From contig CAYLZD010000002.1 in assembly GCA_964388275.1 (NCBI GenBank), positions 131,089 through 195,088 of the forward strand: 64,000 bases of DNA, given 5' to 3'. The notes beneath the pieces were generated by a model that was not told the DNA's origin, did no database searches, and saw only the letters and a program-made list of their open reading frames with translations. The DNA comes from an uncultured Chromatiales bacterium. GTDB lineage: Bacteria; Bacteroidota; Ignavibacteria; SZUA-365. Positions 9,469-19,026 of the stretch are shown here, piece after piece (the first letter of the stretch is position 1; every line of letters starts with the position of its first letter). The translations under genes were made by a program, and so were the position numbers.

Positions 9469-10557
9469 TCAGATATCCGTTCCCTCCGGCGCCATTTTCC
9501 TTATCTTCACGCTCTTGCCCGCGCTTCCCGGAACGGGCGCCACGTGCAGAATGCCCTTTTCACCCATCTCCGGCGCGCGCAGGCGAAAACGCAATATATC
9601 CGCATCGTCTTCTATATCGGACGTGTCCGAGTCCTCGGGAATATCAAGCTCATCAAGTCCGATAAGATCGATTAAGGCATCCGGATCCGGAATATGAATC
9701 ATATCGGCGGATTCATCCGGCGCCGCGGCCTCAAGCTGCAGAGTCTGTTTTGTCCCCCGGCGGAGTATCTCGAACGGTATTTTCTCGCCTTCATCGAACG
9801 CTCCCAGAACGCTTCGTATGTCGCCGGCTTTCCTTATAGTCTTTTTGCCGGCTTTCAGTATCACATCGCCCGCCCTGAAACCCGCTTTCGCGGCACGGCT
9901 GTCTTCCTTCACTTCTTCGACCAGCACCCCGCTACCCTCCGGAGCGCCGAAGTACTCGGCGAGCTGCTTGCTCATGGACGACAGTTTCAAACCATACACA
10001 CCGGCGGGAGCGGGTTCGAAAATGCCTTTCAGCTCGGTGCGGATCCGCGGAGCGGCGAATCCCCTATAGGTTTTCATCGTTTCCCCGTATGCTTTTCCCG
10101 CGTCACGGTAGCTTCGCGCAAGCGCCCGAAGCCCGCTCGTACTCCGGGATTTGCCGAGAACGACTTGAAAGGTCTTGCGTTCGCCATTCCGGTTCAGTTC
10201 GATGGCGACTGTTTCGCCGCTTTCCGAAGATCCCACCGCTTCGACTAAATCTTCGGCGCAGGCAATGGCTTTGCCGTCGAATTCCGTGATTACATCCCCT
10301 TTCAAAATGCCGGCGCTGTCGGCCGGGCTTTCATCGACCACCTCTTCCACCAGAGCGCCCTTGCCGGAACCCGGCGCGCTCGTCTGCCCGGGCACGTCTT
10401 TCGCATCTTTCAATTCCACACCCAGCCACGCTTTTCCCGTCATTACCGTTACACGCGCGCTTTTCCGTCTTTTTTCTTTCTGCTGCGCCGGAACGCCTGT
10501 GGTCGCCGAAATAAACAGCGAGAAGCCGAGCAACAAAGTTACAACGAGGGTTTTCAT
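9469..10557 (-). CDS. Periplasmic protein with two PDZ domains and no protease domain
   Basis: Signal peptide, two PDZ-like segments (GALVEEVVDESPADSAGILKGDVI.. and GVLVEEVKEDSRAAKAGFRAGDVI..), acidic C-terminus. No Ser-protease catalytic triad motifs. Confidence 0.65.
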   Translation of the reverse strand: MKTLVVTLLLGFSLFISATTGVPAQQKEKRRKSARVTVMTGKAWLGVELKDAKDVPGQTSAPGSGKGALVEEVVDESPADSAGILKGDVITEFDGKAIACAEDLVEAVGSSESGETVAIELNRNGERKTFQVVLGKSRSTSGLRALARSYRDAGKAYGETMKTYRGFAAPRIRTELKGIFEPAPAGVYGLKLSSMSKQLAEYFGAPEGSGVLVEEVKEDSRAAKAGFRAGDVILKAGKKTIRKAGDIRSVLGAFDEGEKIPFEILRRGTKQTLQLEAAAPDESADMIHIPDPDALIDLIGLDELDIPEDSDTSDIEDDADILRFRLRAPEMGEKGILHVAPVPGSAGKSVKIRKMAPEGTDI

Positions 10558-10882
10558 GTTCCGGTCCTCCATCTTGTGAATTGTGGGATTGGCGGTATCC
10601 TCGCCTCCCGGTCCTGTTCGATCACCCGGATGCGTTTCGTTCGCCCGGAGAGGGTTAGACGCATCTTTGAGTTCTTTGTTCCGTATCTTCCGTTTCTGTC
10701 ATGCGGTGCGTGAAAGCACAAATAACTTGTGGATACGAGGTCCGGAACCGGATTTGCGGCCCCGGCTGCGCGGAAACGAACCCTGTCTGCAACCCTTCGG
10801 CTCCTATACGCGTCAAAAGCGAGGTACAGAGATGCGTTGCCTCGCCCTCAATATTGCAACAGATGCACACACCCATGCGGAA

Positions 10883-11479
10883 ATGAGCGGAGATCTCCGG
10901 ACATACTCGGAAGGACGCCGGATTCCAGACATCAGCGAAGAACTCCTGGCAAGGTGCAGGTCGGGCGAGATACCGGCTTTTGAGCAGCTTTACAAGCTTT
11001 GCGGCTCTTACATGTACTCGCTGGCTTTGCGATTTCACGGAAATCCTTTCGATGCGGAGGACTCCGTGCAAGACGCTTTCGTGGCGGTGTATAAGGGAAT
11101 TGCGGGCTTCGCGGGACAGTCGCGCTTCTCGACCTGGTTATACAGGGTGTTGTTGAACGCTTGCATCAGCTCGCGGAGAAAAAAGCGAGAGATGGAAGAG
11201 TCCTCCGACTTCCTGTCCGAAAACCTTCATCCTCGCGGAGATCCCAAAGGCGGAGATGCTGTGCTGAAAGATATCCTGGAGCGCGAAATCTCGGGCTTGC
11301 AGGGACTGCAACGGGCCGTGTTTCTCCTGTGCGCCTGCGAGGGATTTACTCATCAGGAAGTCGCGGAAACACTGGGCATACGGGTCGGGACGTCGAAGTC
11401 CGCATATCATCGCGCCCGGAAGGCTCTCGGGAAAAAGCTGGTGAAACTGGGCATAGATACAAGCGGAGCGGATCGATGA
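10883..11479 (+). CDS. ECF-type RNA polymerase sigma factor (sigma-70 family, group 4)
   Basis: Region 2 (DAEDSVQDAFVAVYKGIAGF...STWLYRVLLNACIS) and region 4 HTH (LQGLQRAVFLLCACEGFTHQEVAETLGIRVGTSKSAYHRAR). An alternative start is ATG 10832. Confidence 0.8.
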   Translation: MSGDLRTYSEGRRIPDISEELLARCRSGEIPAFEQLYKLCGSYMYSLALRFHGNPFDAEDSVQDAFVAVYKGIAGFAGQSRFSTWLYRVLLNACISSRRKKREMEESSDFLSENLHPRGDPKGGDAVLKDILEREISGLQGLQRAVFLLCACEGFTHQEVAETLGIRVGTSKSAYHRARKALGKKLVKLGIDTSGADR

Positions 11480-12108
11480 CTCGCCACGGATCAAGTCGGG
11501 ACCTCGACGAGCGCATACAGGGCGCGGCATCGGAACTGCCGCGGCATTCAGCGCCCGAGCAGTTGTGGAAAAGCATCGAAGCAAGACTGCGGCGGGCGCA
11601 GGCGGCGAGAGAGGAGGACGCCGAGGCGGTCAAGCCCGCGGCTGCGCCCGGATTTCGGCTTATGTTCGCGTTCCGTCCGCGACTCGTGTACGCGGTCTAC
11701 GCGGCGGCGATCGTTCTTGGTGTCGCGGCCATGGCCGTCCTGATCGTGGAACGGCCTCAACCGATCCCCGAAACCGCGGAAGCGGGTCATGACAGATTGG
11801 TGGAGGAAGCGAGGGACGACATAGACCATGCGATGTTCTTCTACGAACGCGCCATCGAGAAATTGACGAGCGCGGCCGAAAAGAACGAAACCTCGCTCGA
11901 TCCCGGTTGGGTGGAATTGCAGAAAGAGAGAATCGCCGCCCTGAAGGAGGCGGTAAGGGAGTGCAAGGAAGAGCTGCGCGGCAACAAGTACAATCCTGAA
12001 GTGCAGCAATACCTTCTGGCGGCATATATGGAACTGCAGGGCGCCCTGCAGGAAATGGCAACCAGAAGCGGCGAATCAAACAATGCTAGTTCAAGGAGGG
12101 CGCTATGA
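11476..12108 (+). CDS. Putative anti-sigma factor (single-pass membrane protein)
   Basis: ATG overlaps the sigma stop (ATGA). One TM helix (LVYAVYAAAIVLGVAAMAVLIV). Its position right after the ECF sigma gene is typical of a cognate anti-sigma. Confidence 0.5.
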   Translation: MTRHGSSRDLDERIQGAASELPRHSAPEQLWKSIEARLRRAQAAREEDAEAVKPAAAPGFRLMFAFRPRLVYAVYAAAIVLGVAAMAVLIVERPQPIPETAEAGHDRLVEEARDDIDHAMFFYERAIEKLTSAAEKNETSLDPGWVELQKERIAALKEAVRECKEELRGNKYNPEVQQYLLAAYMELQGALQEMATRSGESNNASSRRAL

Positions 12109-13046
12109 ACGCGCACCGTCATCTTACGGCGATTTTTCTGCTGACCGCAATGTCCCTGTCGACAACCGTCGTCTGCGCGCAGCAGCACGAGCGGATTATC
12201 AGGAAAAAATTCGATGTGTCTGAAAACGTCAACGTTCGAGTGAAGGGAAAATTCGGCCCTGTGCGAATCAAGGGCGGCGATAAGAACACTGTGCAGGTGG
12301 AAGTAATCATCGCCGTGAAGGACGAAAATGCTGCCCGCGCGAAACAGGTTGCCGACGAAACCGAAGTGCTGATTGACGGCGGAAGGAATGAAGTACGGGT
12401 GGAAGTGGATTGGAGCGACGGCTATCAGGACGAAGGCAAACGTTCCCTGAACATGAGCATCATGTGCACCGTGCCTAAGAAGAGCGTGCTTCTGCTGGAA
12501 AACAAGTTCGGACGAGTGATCGTGTCTGATGTCGAGGGATCGATTTCCATCGACAACGGTTTCGGATCCGTTGAAGTCACCCGCTGCTCGAACGTGGCCG
12601 TTGAGAACTCATTCGGCGGGACCACCTTGAATTCCGTGCGAGGTTCACTGCAGGTGAAGAGCAAGAACGGTAAGGTGCGGGCGTTCGACATGCCGGCCGG
12701 AGAGATCACGAACGCCTTCGGATCCATAGATGTGTCGGAAGCAAAAGGTCCGGTGACGATAATCAGCCGCATGGGCGCCGTTACGGCCAAGGGAATTCCC
12801 GGCGGGCGGATCAAGAGTTCATACGGTTCGGTGACCGTGGCTCTGAATCCGGACTTCTCCGGCACCGTCGAGGCGAAAACCAAATTCGGCGCCGTGGATA
12901 GTGAAATACCGCTTTCGCCGCGCTCTAAGAGAAGGGAAAGCGGCTATGGTCCAGCTGCCGAGGATTTGGTGGGTCAGTCAGGAACAGGTGACGACCGTCT
13001 GATCGTGGTGGCCGAATTCGGCGATGTAACGATCAGGAAGAAATAG
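12105..13046 (+). CDS. DUF4097 (LiaG-like putative adhesin beta-helix) protein
   Basis: Signal peptide, then repetitive beta-strand segments (VEVTRCSNVAVENSFGGTTLNSVRGSLQVKSKNGKV...) typical of DUF4097. Translationally coupled (ATGA) to the anti-sigma gene. Confidence 0.6.
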   Translation: MNAHRHLTAIFLLTAMSLSTTVVCAQQHERIIRKKFDVSENVNVRVKGKFGPVRIKGGDKNTVQVEVIIAVKDENAARAKQVADETEVLIDGGRNEVRVEVDWSDGYQDEGKRSLNMSIMCTVPKKSVLLLENKFGRVIVSDVEGSISIDNGFGSVEVTRCSNVAVENSFGGTTLNSVRGSLQVKSKNGKVRAFDMPAGEITNAFGSIDVSEAKGPVTIISRMGAVTAKGIPGGRIKSSYGSVTVALNPDFSGTVEAKTKFGAVDSEIPLSPRSKRRESGYGPAAEDLVGQSGTGDDRLIVVAEFGDVTIRKK

Positions 13047-13048
13047 AT

Positions 13049-13531
13049 TTATTTCTTGAGGTATTTCTCGGGATTGTCTGCAAACTTCTTTATACAGGGC
13101 TTGCAACAGAAGCCGTAGACCTTGCCTCGGTAAGTGACTGTAGTTACGCTGTTTACTACTTTTTTACCCATTACGGGGCACAGTTCGTTCGAAATCCGGT
13201 CCGACATGTCGATACCCGCATTGATCACCGCGGTTGCTCCTTCGGCGGCCGCGTGGTCGTGTTCACAGGGTTCGTAGGCTTTTTCATTGCTGGATTTCAT
13301 GTATTTATCTGGATTTTCCCTGAATTTGTCCAGACACCCGTCGCAGCAGAAGTAGTATGTCGTGCCGTCATGTGCCAGCGAAACGGCGGAGTCGGCATCC
13401 TCGCCGGTCACCGGACAAATCAGATTCGCTTCCTTCGCAAGCACGCTGGCGGGAGTGATCCCGTCTTTCTGGGCGCTCGCTGAAAATATGTTCAAGAAGA
13501 TAGCCGCAAGGACGAGAAATATCGACTTCAT
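13049..13531 (-). CDS. Secreted protein with two tandem YHS domains (putative metal/copper-binding)
   Basis: Signal peptide plus two repeats of C-P-V-x-G...YYFCCDGC..KF.ENP.KY (and ...YGFCCKPCIKKFADNPEKY), matching the YHS-domain signature. Confidence 0.7.
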   Translation of the reverse strand: MKSIFLVLAAIFLNIFSASAQKDGITPASVLAKEANLICPVTGEDADSAVSLAHDGTTYYFCCDGCLDKFRENPDKYMKSSNEKAYEPCEHDHAAAEGATAVINAGIDMSDRISNELCPVMGKKVVNSVTTVTYRGKVYGFCCKPCIKKFADNPEKYLKK

Positions 13532-13795
13532 TTATACAGCTCCGTAATATTTTTGGATTCCGCTTTCCACATAACAATTAAACATGCACGAGATTTGTTT
13601 GGTTCGCTGACCTGCGTCTCCGACACAAATGAACCAATGGGCCGATTCTGTTGTTAAAGAGGCGGGAATTGACGAATTTTAACCGACGTATCGGAATATT
13701 TCAGTTCCCGCAAGTATTCATACAAATCATATCCAGTTTAGCACTTTCGTAGCAACGATACAAATTCGCATAGAGACGCGGAAACCGATTGAGTC

Positions 13796-14689
13796 ATGAA
13801 GCACGACGACTATAAAGAAGGCGCCGGAGCGGTTCAGGGAATGCTTCGGACCGAAGACGCCGTACCGAAAGTGAGCGTTTCAAGCGCTGTGGCAGCCCCG
13901 GTAAACGCGCGGAAAAGGACGGTCAGCATCGGCCCGGCCGTTTTGGGAGGGAATTCTTTCATCGTGATCGCCGGGCCTTGCGCCGTGGAAAACTCCGAAC
14001 AGATCCGCCGCACCGCAATGCTCGTCGCGGAGGAGGGCGCCCGCGTATTGAGAGGAGGCACATACAAAGCGCGCACTTCGCCGCATACTTTCCAGGGATT
14101 GGGGCTGGAAGGCGTGCTCATGATGCGCGAGGCGGCCGATGCGGCGGGCCTCCCGATGGTTACGGAAGTGCTGTCGCAGTTCGACCTCGAAGACATGGAA
14201 CCTTATGTGGACGCGTTCCAGGTAGGTTCCAGGAACATGGACAATACTGCTCTGCTCAAAGACCTCGGCGCAATCCGCAAACCGGTGCTCCTGAAAAGAG
14301 GTTTCGCCGCAACCGTCAAGGAATGGCTTCTGGCGGCCGAGTACATTCTGGTGGGGGGGAATTCGGACGTGATACTCTGCGAGCGGGGCATTCGCACTTT
14401 CTCCAACGAGACCCGCTTCACACTGGATCTTGCCGGCGCCGTGCTGGCTCATCAGCTCTCGGAGCTCCCGGTCATTGTAGATCCCTCGCACGCAACCGGA
14501 AATCCCGCTCTGATCCCCGCACTGTCTGCAGCCGTCGCCGCCGCGGGTCTCGACGGACTCATGATAGAGGTGCATCCGGATCCCCCGGCGGCTCTTTCGG
14601 ACTCCGATCAGGCCCTGTCCCCAGACCAATTCCGCGGAATCATGCGACGTGTCGCGGATGCGGCCCGTGCCGCCGGCCGCTCTGTCTGA
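13796..14689 (+). CDS. aroF: 3-deoxy-7-phosphoheptulonate (DAHP) synthase, type I-beta (KDO8PS-like family)
   Basis: Core FIVIAGPCAVENSEQ...VLRGGTYKARTSPHTFQGLG...KRGF....EW..AAEYI...GN..VILCERGIRTF...VIVDPSH. Has a ~45-aa N-terminal extension. Confidence 0.8.
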   Translation: MKHDDYKEGAGAVQGMLRTEDAVPKVSVSSAVAAPVNARKRTVSIGPAVLGGNSFIVIAGPCAVENSEQIRRTAMLVAEEGARVLRGGTYKARTSPHTFQGLGLEGVLMMREAADAAGLPMVTEVLSQFDLEDMEPYVDAFQVGSRNMDNTALLKDLGAIRKPVLLKRGFAATVKEWLLAAEYILVGGNSDVILCERGIRTFSNETRFTLDLAGAVLAHQLSELPVIVDPSHATGNPALIPALSAAVAAAGLDGLMIEVHPDPPAALSDSDQALSPDQFRGIMRRVADAARAAGRSV

Positions 14690-14752
14690 GCCGATATAAA
14701 GGATGCCTTTGCAGACGCTCCGGGTGCAAAATTGAGCCGGGAGGTGCATGAT

Positions 14753-15421
14753 ATGTTTTCCCGTATCGCCGGGACTTACGACCGCGCCAACTCGGTGCTC
14801 TCGGGAGGTGTGCATCACCGCTGGCGGAAGCGCGCGGTCAGAGAAAGCGGCGCCGGACCCGGCGCTTCCGTGCTCGACTGCGCAACGGGCACCGGCGATC
14901 TCGCGATCGAATTCAAATTGGCTGTGGGTGGCGCCGGCCGCGTGATCGGCAGCGATTTCTGCGCCGACATGCTCGCATATGCGCCCATAAAGTCCGAAAA
15001 GCTGGGGATCGAGATTGTGTGGGAGGTGCAGGACGCAATGCGGTTGACCTATCCGGACAATTCGTTCGACGTGGCATCCATCGCCTTCGGAATCAGGAAT
15101 GTGGATGATCCTCTTCAGGCCTTGAGAAGCATGGCGCGCGTCGTCAAGCCGGGCGGCCGGGTGGTCGTGCTGGAGTTCGGACGGCCTCTGTGGTGGATGA
15201 GGCCGCTGTTCTCGATCTACAGCAGAATAGCCATTCCTGTTGTCGGCGGTTTGGTCTCGGGGAAGCGCGACGCTTATGAGTATCTGATCCGAACATCCGC
15301 CGCCTTCCCCGCCGGAGACGCGTTCTTAAGGATGATGGCGGAAACAGGCGCGTTCGCAGACACCCGGATGTTGCCCCTGACCGGAGGAATATCGTACCTG
15401 TATATCGGAATTGTCGCCTGA
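14753..15421 (+). CDS. ubiE: Demethylmenaquinone/ubiquinone methyltransferase UbiE/MenG
   Basis: MFSRIAGTYDRAN..LSGGVHHRWRK N-terminal signature, SAM motif VLDCATGTGD. GGGAGG RBS upstream. Confidence 0.85.
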   Translation: MFSRIAGTYDRANSVLSGGVHHRWRKRAVRESGAGPGASVLDCATGTGDLAIEFKLAVGGAGRVIGSDFCADMLAYAPIKSEKLGIEIVWEVQDAMRLTYPDNSFDVASIAFGIRNVDDPLQALRSMARVVKPGGRVVVLEFGRPLWWMRPLFSIYSRIAIPVVGGLVSGKRDAYEYLIRTSAAFPAGDAFLRMMAETGAFADTRMLPLTGGISYLYIGIVA

Positions 15422-15434
15422 CGGCGCCGCCGGC

Positions 15435-16949
15435 TCATACTCGATCTGTAAATAGCGCCCTTACCGCGGTTCTCGACACTTTGCCGTTGGCCGATACGGG
15501 AAGCTCGTCGAGGACCATCCATCTTTTAGGCCTCTTGAAAGAAGAAAGCTTCGTTCTACAGTACGCTTCCAGTTCCCCGACATCCACCCCGCTCCCTCTC
15601 GGCACGACGGCCGCCGCGACCGATTGCCCCCATTCTTCGTCGGGTATTCCTACGACGCATGCTGAGATAACATTCGGATGCGAGAGTAGAATATTCTCGA
15701 TCTCAAAAGGCTTCGCCTTTTCGCCTCCTGTGACTATCAGGTCCTCTCGTCTGCTCTCTATGTGCAGTCGACCTTCGGAGTCCAAAAATCCCAGATCTCC
15801 CGTTCTGAAGAAACCGCCTTCGAAGCAGTCCGCGGAGTTCAAGCCCAGATAGCCCGATGTCAGAGCGTCGCCGCTTATCCAGATTTCCCCGCTCACGCCG
15901 TTTTGGACGGGCGCCGAGCGATCGTCTCGAATCTCAACCCTGAATCCGCGCAGCGGCCTGCCGGCACATCCGGGTTCGGGAGTTTCGCCGGGACTTGCGG
16001 TCGCCACCTGCGAGCAGGCTTCCGTCAGCCCGTATGTCGGAAGCACCGGGATTCTTCGGCGGAGCGCCTCATCGAGCAGCGCGGCCGGCGCCGGCGCTCC
16101 GCCGAGCAGCACGGCCCGGAGTGATGGAAAGGAAGCTCCGTCGAACTTCTCGGGCATACGCAGCAGGCGCCATAACATGGTGGGGACCATTGAAACAATG
16201 CTGATCGCTTCTTCGCGCATGGCGTTCAGCAATCCGGCCGCTGACGCGGAGTCGGGCAGCGTGACGGTCATTCCATATATAGCGCCGCGAATTAGTACGG
16301 AGATACCGCCGATATGGTGCAGAGGAATCGGGCAGAGCCAGTTATCGTCGTCCCGCACCCCGAGATTGGCGGCCGACGCTCGTGCCGAAGCGAGATAATT
16401 CGCCCAAGTCAACGGTGTCGCTTTGGGTTCGCCGCTGCTCCCGGATGTCAGAATCACCGAGGCCGTGCGCGCGGTGTCGAAGTCCGGGAATGCTTCGCCG
16501 GTCCCTCTCACAGCCGCGCCTCCTCCTTTCCCGCTGTCGGACATGCCGTCCGATCCGCTCGGCACGGGCAGATCGGAGAGGAGCGCCGTTTTGAATTCCG
16601 CGCGCGGAATCTTCACTGAATCGAACACCCCGACCGAGTCCGCGATCAGCAGCCTGGGACTTGTCGCCGACAACGCGGAAGACAACTCCTCAGGCGTCAG
16701 GCGGGGTGACAAAGGCGCAACGGCGGCGCCGAGAAGCCCTGCCCCATTAATCAGGAACGCATGCCCGACAGGGTTGCCGAGAACCGTCGCGATTATGTCA
16801 TCCGGGGCGATTCCGTACACGTCGCGCAGAAATACGGCGAGCGCCGAACAACGGTCCGTGAACGCTCGCCGGCTCCAGCGGCGTTTGCCGACGGAAAGCG
16901 CGACGCCGTCCGGTTTTGCATCTGCCTGCTGTAACAGAGGGTGTTTCAC
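15435..16949 (-). CDS. menE: o-Succinylbenzoate-CoA ligase (AMP-binding enzyme)
   Basis: AMP-binding motifs TSGSSGEPKA, GYGLTE, and the GEI.ISGD..TSGY...F.TGDLG C-terminal core. Start assigned to GTG 16949, overlapping the menC stop (GTGA). The 614-aa listed ORF is an upstream alternate-frame extension. Confidence 0.75.
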   Translation of the reverse strand: MKHPLLQQADAKPDGVALSVGKRRWSRRAFTDRCSALAVFLRDVYGIAPDDIIATVLGNPVGHAFLINGAGLLGAAVAPLSPRLTPEELSSALSATSPRLLIADSVGVFDSVKIPRAEFKTALLSDLPVPSGSDGMSDSGKGGGAAVRGTGEAFPDFDTARTASVILTSGSSGEPKATPLTWANYLASARASAANLGVRDDDNWLCPIPLHHIGGISVLIRGAIYGMTVTLPDSASAAGLLNAMREEAISIVSMVPTMLWRLLRMPEKFDGASFPSLRAVLLGGAPAPAALLDEALRRRIPVLPTYGLTEACSQVATASPGETPEPGCAGRPLRGFRVEIRDDRSAPVQNGVSGEIWISGDALTSGYLGLNSADCFEGGFFRTGDLGFLDSEGRLHIESRREDLIVTGGEKAKPFEIENILLSHPNVISACVVGIPDEEWGQSVAAAVVPRGSGVDVGELEAYCRTKLSSFKRPKRWMVLDELPVSANGKVSRTAVRALFTDRV

Positions 16950-18064
16950 GGCCCGGTGGCGGAATATCCGACATAATGGTCGTATACTTCGGATGAAGAA
17001 ATGCCCAATCCTGCGCCGTTCTGCAGATAATACACGCCACCCTTCACCCTGTCGCCGGCGCTTCGATGCTCGAACAGCATGCCGGTCGCCAGACCGTGAT
17101 GCTTCGACTGCGCCCCCGGTATGGACGCGGCCAGATGGGCCGCCGCTTCGCGGCCGACCGGACCCTCGATCATGGATGTGAAGACTATTCCTTTCCAGGC
17201 GGACATGGCCTGCAGCGCGAATTCCCTGCAGGCGAGCAATGACCCGGCCGCCATCGGCTTGAGGACGAAAACGTCGCAAGCGTCCTCCTTGAGCAGACGG
17301 CGGGCCTCCGTCAGCGACTGTGCCGATTCATCCGCCGCAATGGGAATCGGGGAAGCGGCCGCAAGCGAGCGCAGTCCTTCGATATCCGACGCAGGGAGCG
17401 GCTGTTCCACGTATTCAATATCGAACTCCGCTACGGCTTCCAAGACGGCGGTTGCCTGCTCACGCGTCCATGCGCCGTTGGCGTCCAGTCGGATAAGCGT
17501 GTCCGGTCCCGTGCTTCTCCTCGCCGCTGCCACGGCCTCAATGTCGGCCTCAATGGATCCGCGGCCGACTTTCAGCTTTATGCAGGAGAATCCTCCGCGT
17601 GTGAGTTCGGCGCACCTGTGTTCGATTTCCTGGAGGCCGTCCGCGCTCAGGACGGCATTTGCGGGCACACAACGCGTCGCCCCGTCGGTGCCGGCTAGAA
17701 AACCCGCGAGCGAGACGTCACGGCGTCGTGAAAGTAAGTCTAGCAGCGCGGTTTCAACGGCGAAACGGGCGCAGGGCGCCTCGCGCAATGCCGGTACCGC
17801 CTTGTCCAACCGCCGTATCGAGCGCGCGTCCGCGCTCATTTGTTCGAGGGCGGCCGCGGCCGCTTCGAGCGCGGCGAGTGATTCCTCATATGATTCGGTT
17901 CCGAAGGATTCCAGAGGCGCGGATTCCCCGAAATATCTTTCGTTGCCGCCTTCTTCGCCGAGTTCCAGCAGCAACACGCGACGCTCCAGCATTGTCAGGC
18001 TGCCGGTAACGAAAGGACGTCTCAGCTTAAGCGCCGCCTGATGTATCCGCGGAATCATGAGCAA
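16946..18064 (-). CDS. menC: o-Succinylbenzoate synthase (enolase superfamily, MR/MLE)
   Basis: Enolase-superfamily metal ligand region IRLDANGAWT...DIEYVEQPL. N-terminus ALKLRRPFVT matches the OSBS pattern. Sits in the men operon. Confidence 0.8.
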   Translation of the reverse strand: MLMIPRIHQAALKLRRPFVTGSLTMLERRVLLLELGEEGGNERYFGESAPLESFGTESYEESLAALEAAAAALEQMSADARSIRRLDKAVPALREAPCARFAVETALLDLLSRRRDVSLAGFLAGTDGATRCVPANAVLSADGLQEIEHRCAELTRGGFSCIKLKVGRGSIEADIEAVAAARRSTGPDTLIRLDANGAWTREQATAVLEAVAEFDIEYVEQPLPASDIEGLRSLAAASPIPIAADESAQSLTEARRLLKEDACDVFVLKPMAAGSLLACREFALQAMSAWKGIVFTSMIEGPVGREAAAHLAASIPGAQSKHHGLATGMLFEHRSAGDRVKGGVYYLQNGAGLGISSSEVYDHYVGYSATGP

Positions 18065-18065
18065 A

Positions 18066-19004
18066 TCAATAACGCCCGAGTATGAAACCTGCCGAATAGA
18101 GCATGGCGTACACCAGGAGAAATCGGCCGGTGGACGCCAACGCCTCGTTCAACACAGGACCTTCCTTCGACGTCGACATCACACGCAAAATCCTGAATCC
18201 GAGCGGCAGACACAGCGCGGGGAACAGAAGCCTCGGATTCCGCAAAGCCAGCGCCTGCATCGCCGGAAACAGACCGGCAATGGCCAGCATAGACGCAAAC
18301 TCGACGCGCGTCCACTTCCTGCCTATGCGCACGGCCATCGTTTTTTTTCCCGCTTCCCTGTCCGTGTCGATGTCCCGATAATTGTTGACCACGAGTATGG
18401 CCGTGGTCAGCGCGCCGATGGGAAGCGACGCCCCGAATGCCGTCCACGAGAAGTGGAGGGATTGAACGTAGTGCGCGCCCGTGACGGCGACAATGCCGAA
18501 GAAGACGAATACGAATACATCGCCGAGGCCGTTGTACGCCAGCGGGAAAGGTCCGGCTGTATATAGCACGGCGCATGCCAGAGAAAGAACGCCCGCCGCG
18601 AATACGGGCCATCCGGCTATCGCGACGAGATAAAGTCCGAGCACGAAAGTTGTGCCAAGTGTGAGCAGCATTGCGTTTCTCACCCTGCGCGGCGCGATCA
18701 ATCCGCTTTGTGTCACCCGTATCGGGCCCAATCTTTTCTCGGTATCTGCGCCCTTGATGAAGTCGAAATAATCATTCGCTAGGTTCGTCCCGATTTGGAT
18801 GAGCATTGCGCAGACTAGAGCAACAAGCGCGGGCAGAAACGAGAATACATCCTCCGACCATGCGACGGCCGAACCGACCAGGATGGGCGCCGCCGACGCC
18901 GGCAGCGTTTTCGGACGCGTGGCGAGCACCCATGCTTGCGCGCGGGATATCGGCCGTCCGGTCGGTCCCGCGGTGTCGGCGCCGCCGTGTTTGTCCGCAT
19001 GCAT
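18066..19004 (-). CDS. menA: 1,4-dihydroxy-2-naphthoate polyprenyltransferase (UbiA family)
   Basis: Polytopic UbiA-type prenyltransferase with Asp-rich motifs (NDYFDFIKGAD; NNYRDIDTD). Start ATG 19004 (MHADKHGG...). Confidence 0.8.
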   Translation of the reverse strand: MHADKHGGADTAGPTGRPISRAQAWVLATRPKTLPASAAPILVGSAVAWSEDVFSFLPALVALVCAMLIQIGTNLANDYFDFIKGADTEKRLGPIRVTQSGLIAPRRVRNAMLLTLGTTFVLGLYLVAIAGWPVFAAGVLSLACAVLYTAGPFPLAYNGLGDVFVFVFFGIVAVTGAHYVQSLHFSWTAFGASLPIGALTTAILVVNNYRDIDTDREAGKKTMAVRIGRKWTRVEFASMLAIAGLFPAMQALALRNPRLLFPALCLPLGFRILRVMSTSKEGPVLNEALASTGRFLLVYAMLYSAGFILGRY

Positions 19005-19026
19005 CAGCGTTTGCGTTTGCTTCTTG

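Noticed and set aside
15435-17279. A 614-aa ORF suggesting an extended or fused MenE
   Set aside because: The first ~110 codons are an alternate-frame read-through of the menC 3' end and have no AMP-binding homology. A GTG start overlapping the menC stop (GTGA) gives a normal ~500-aa ligase.
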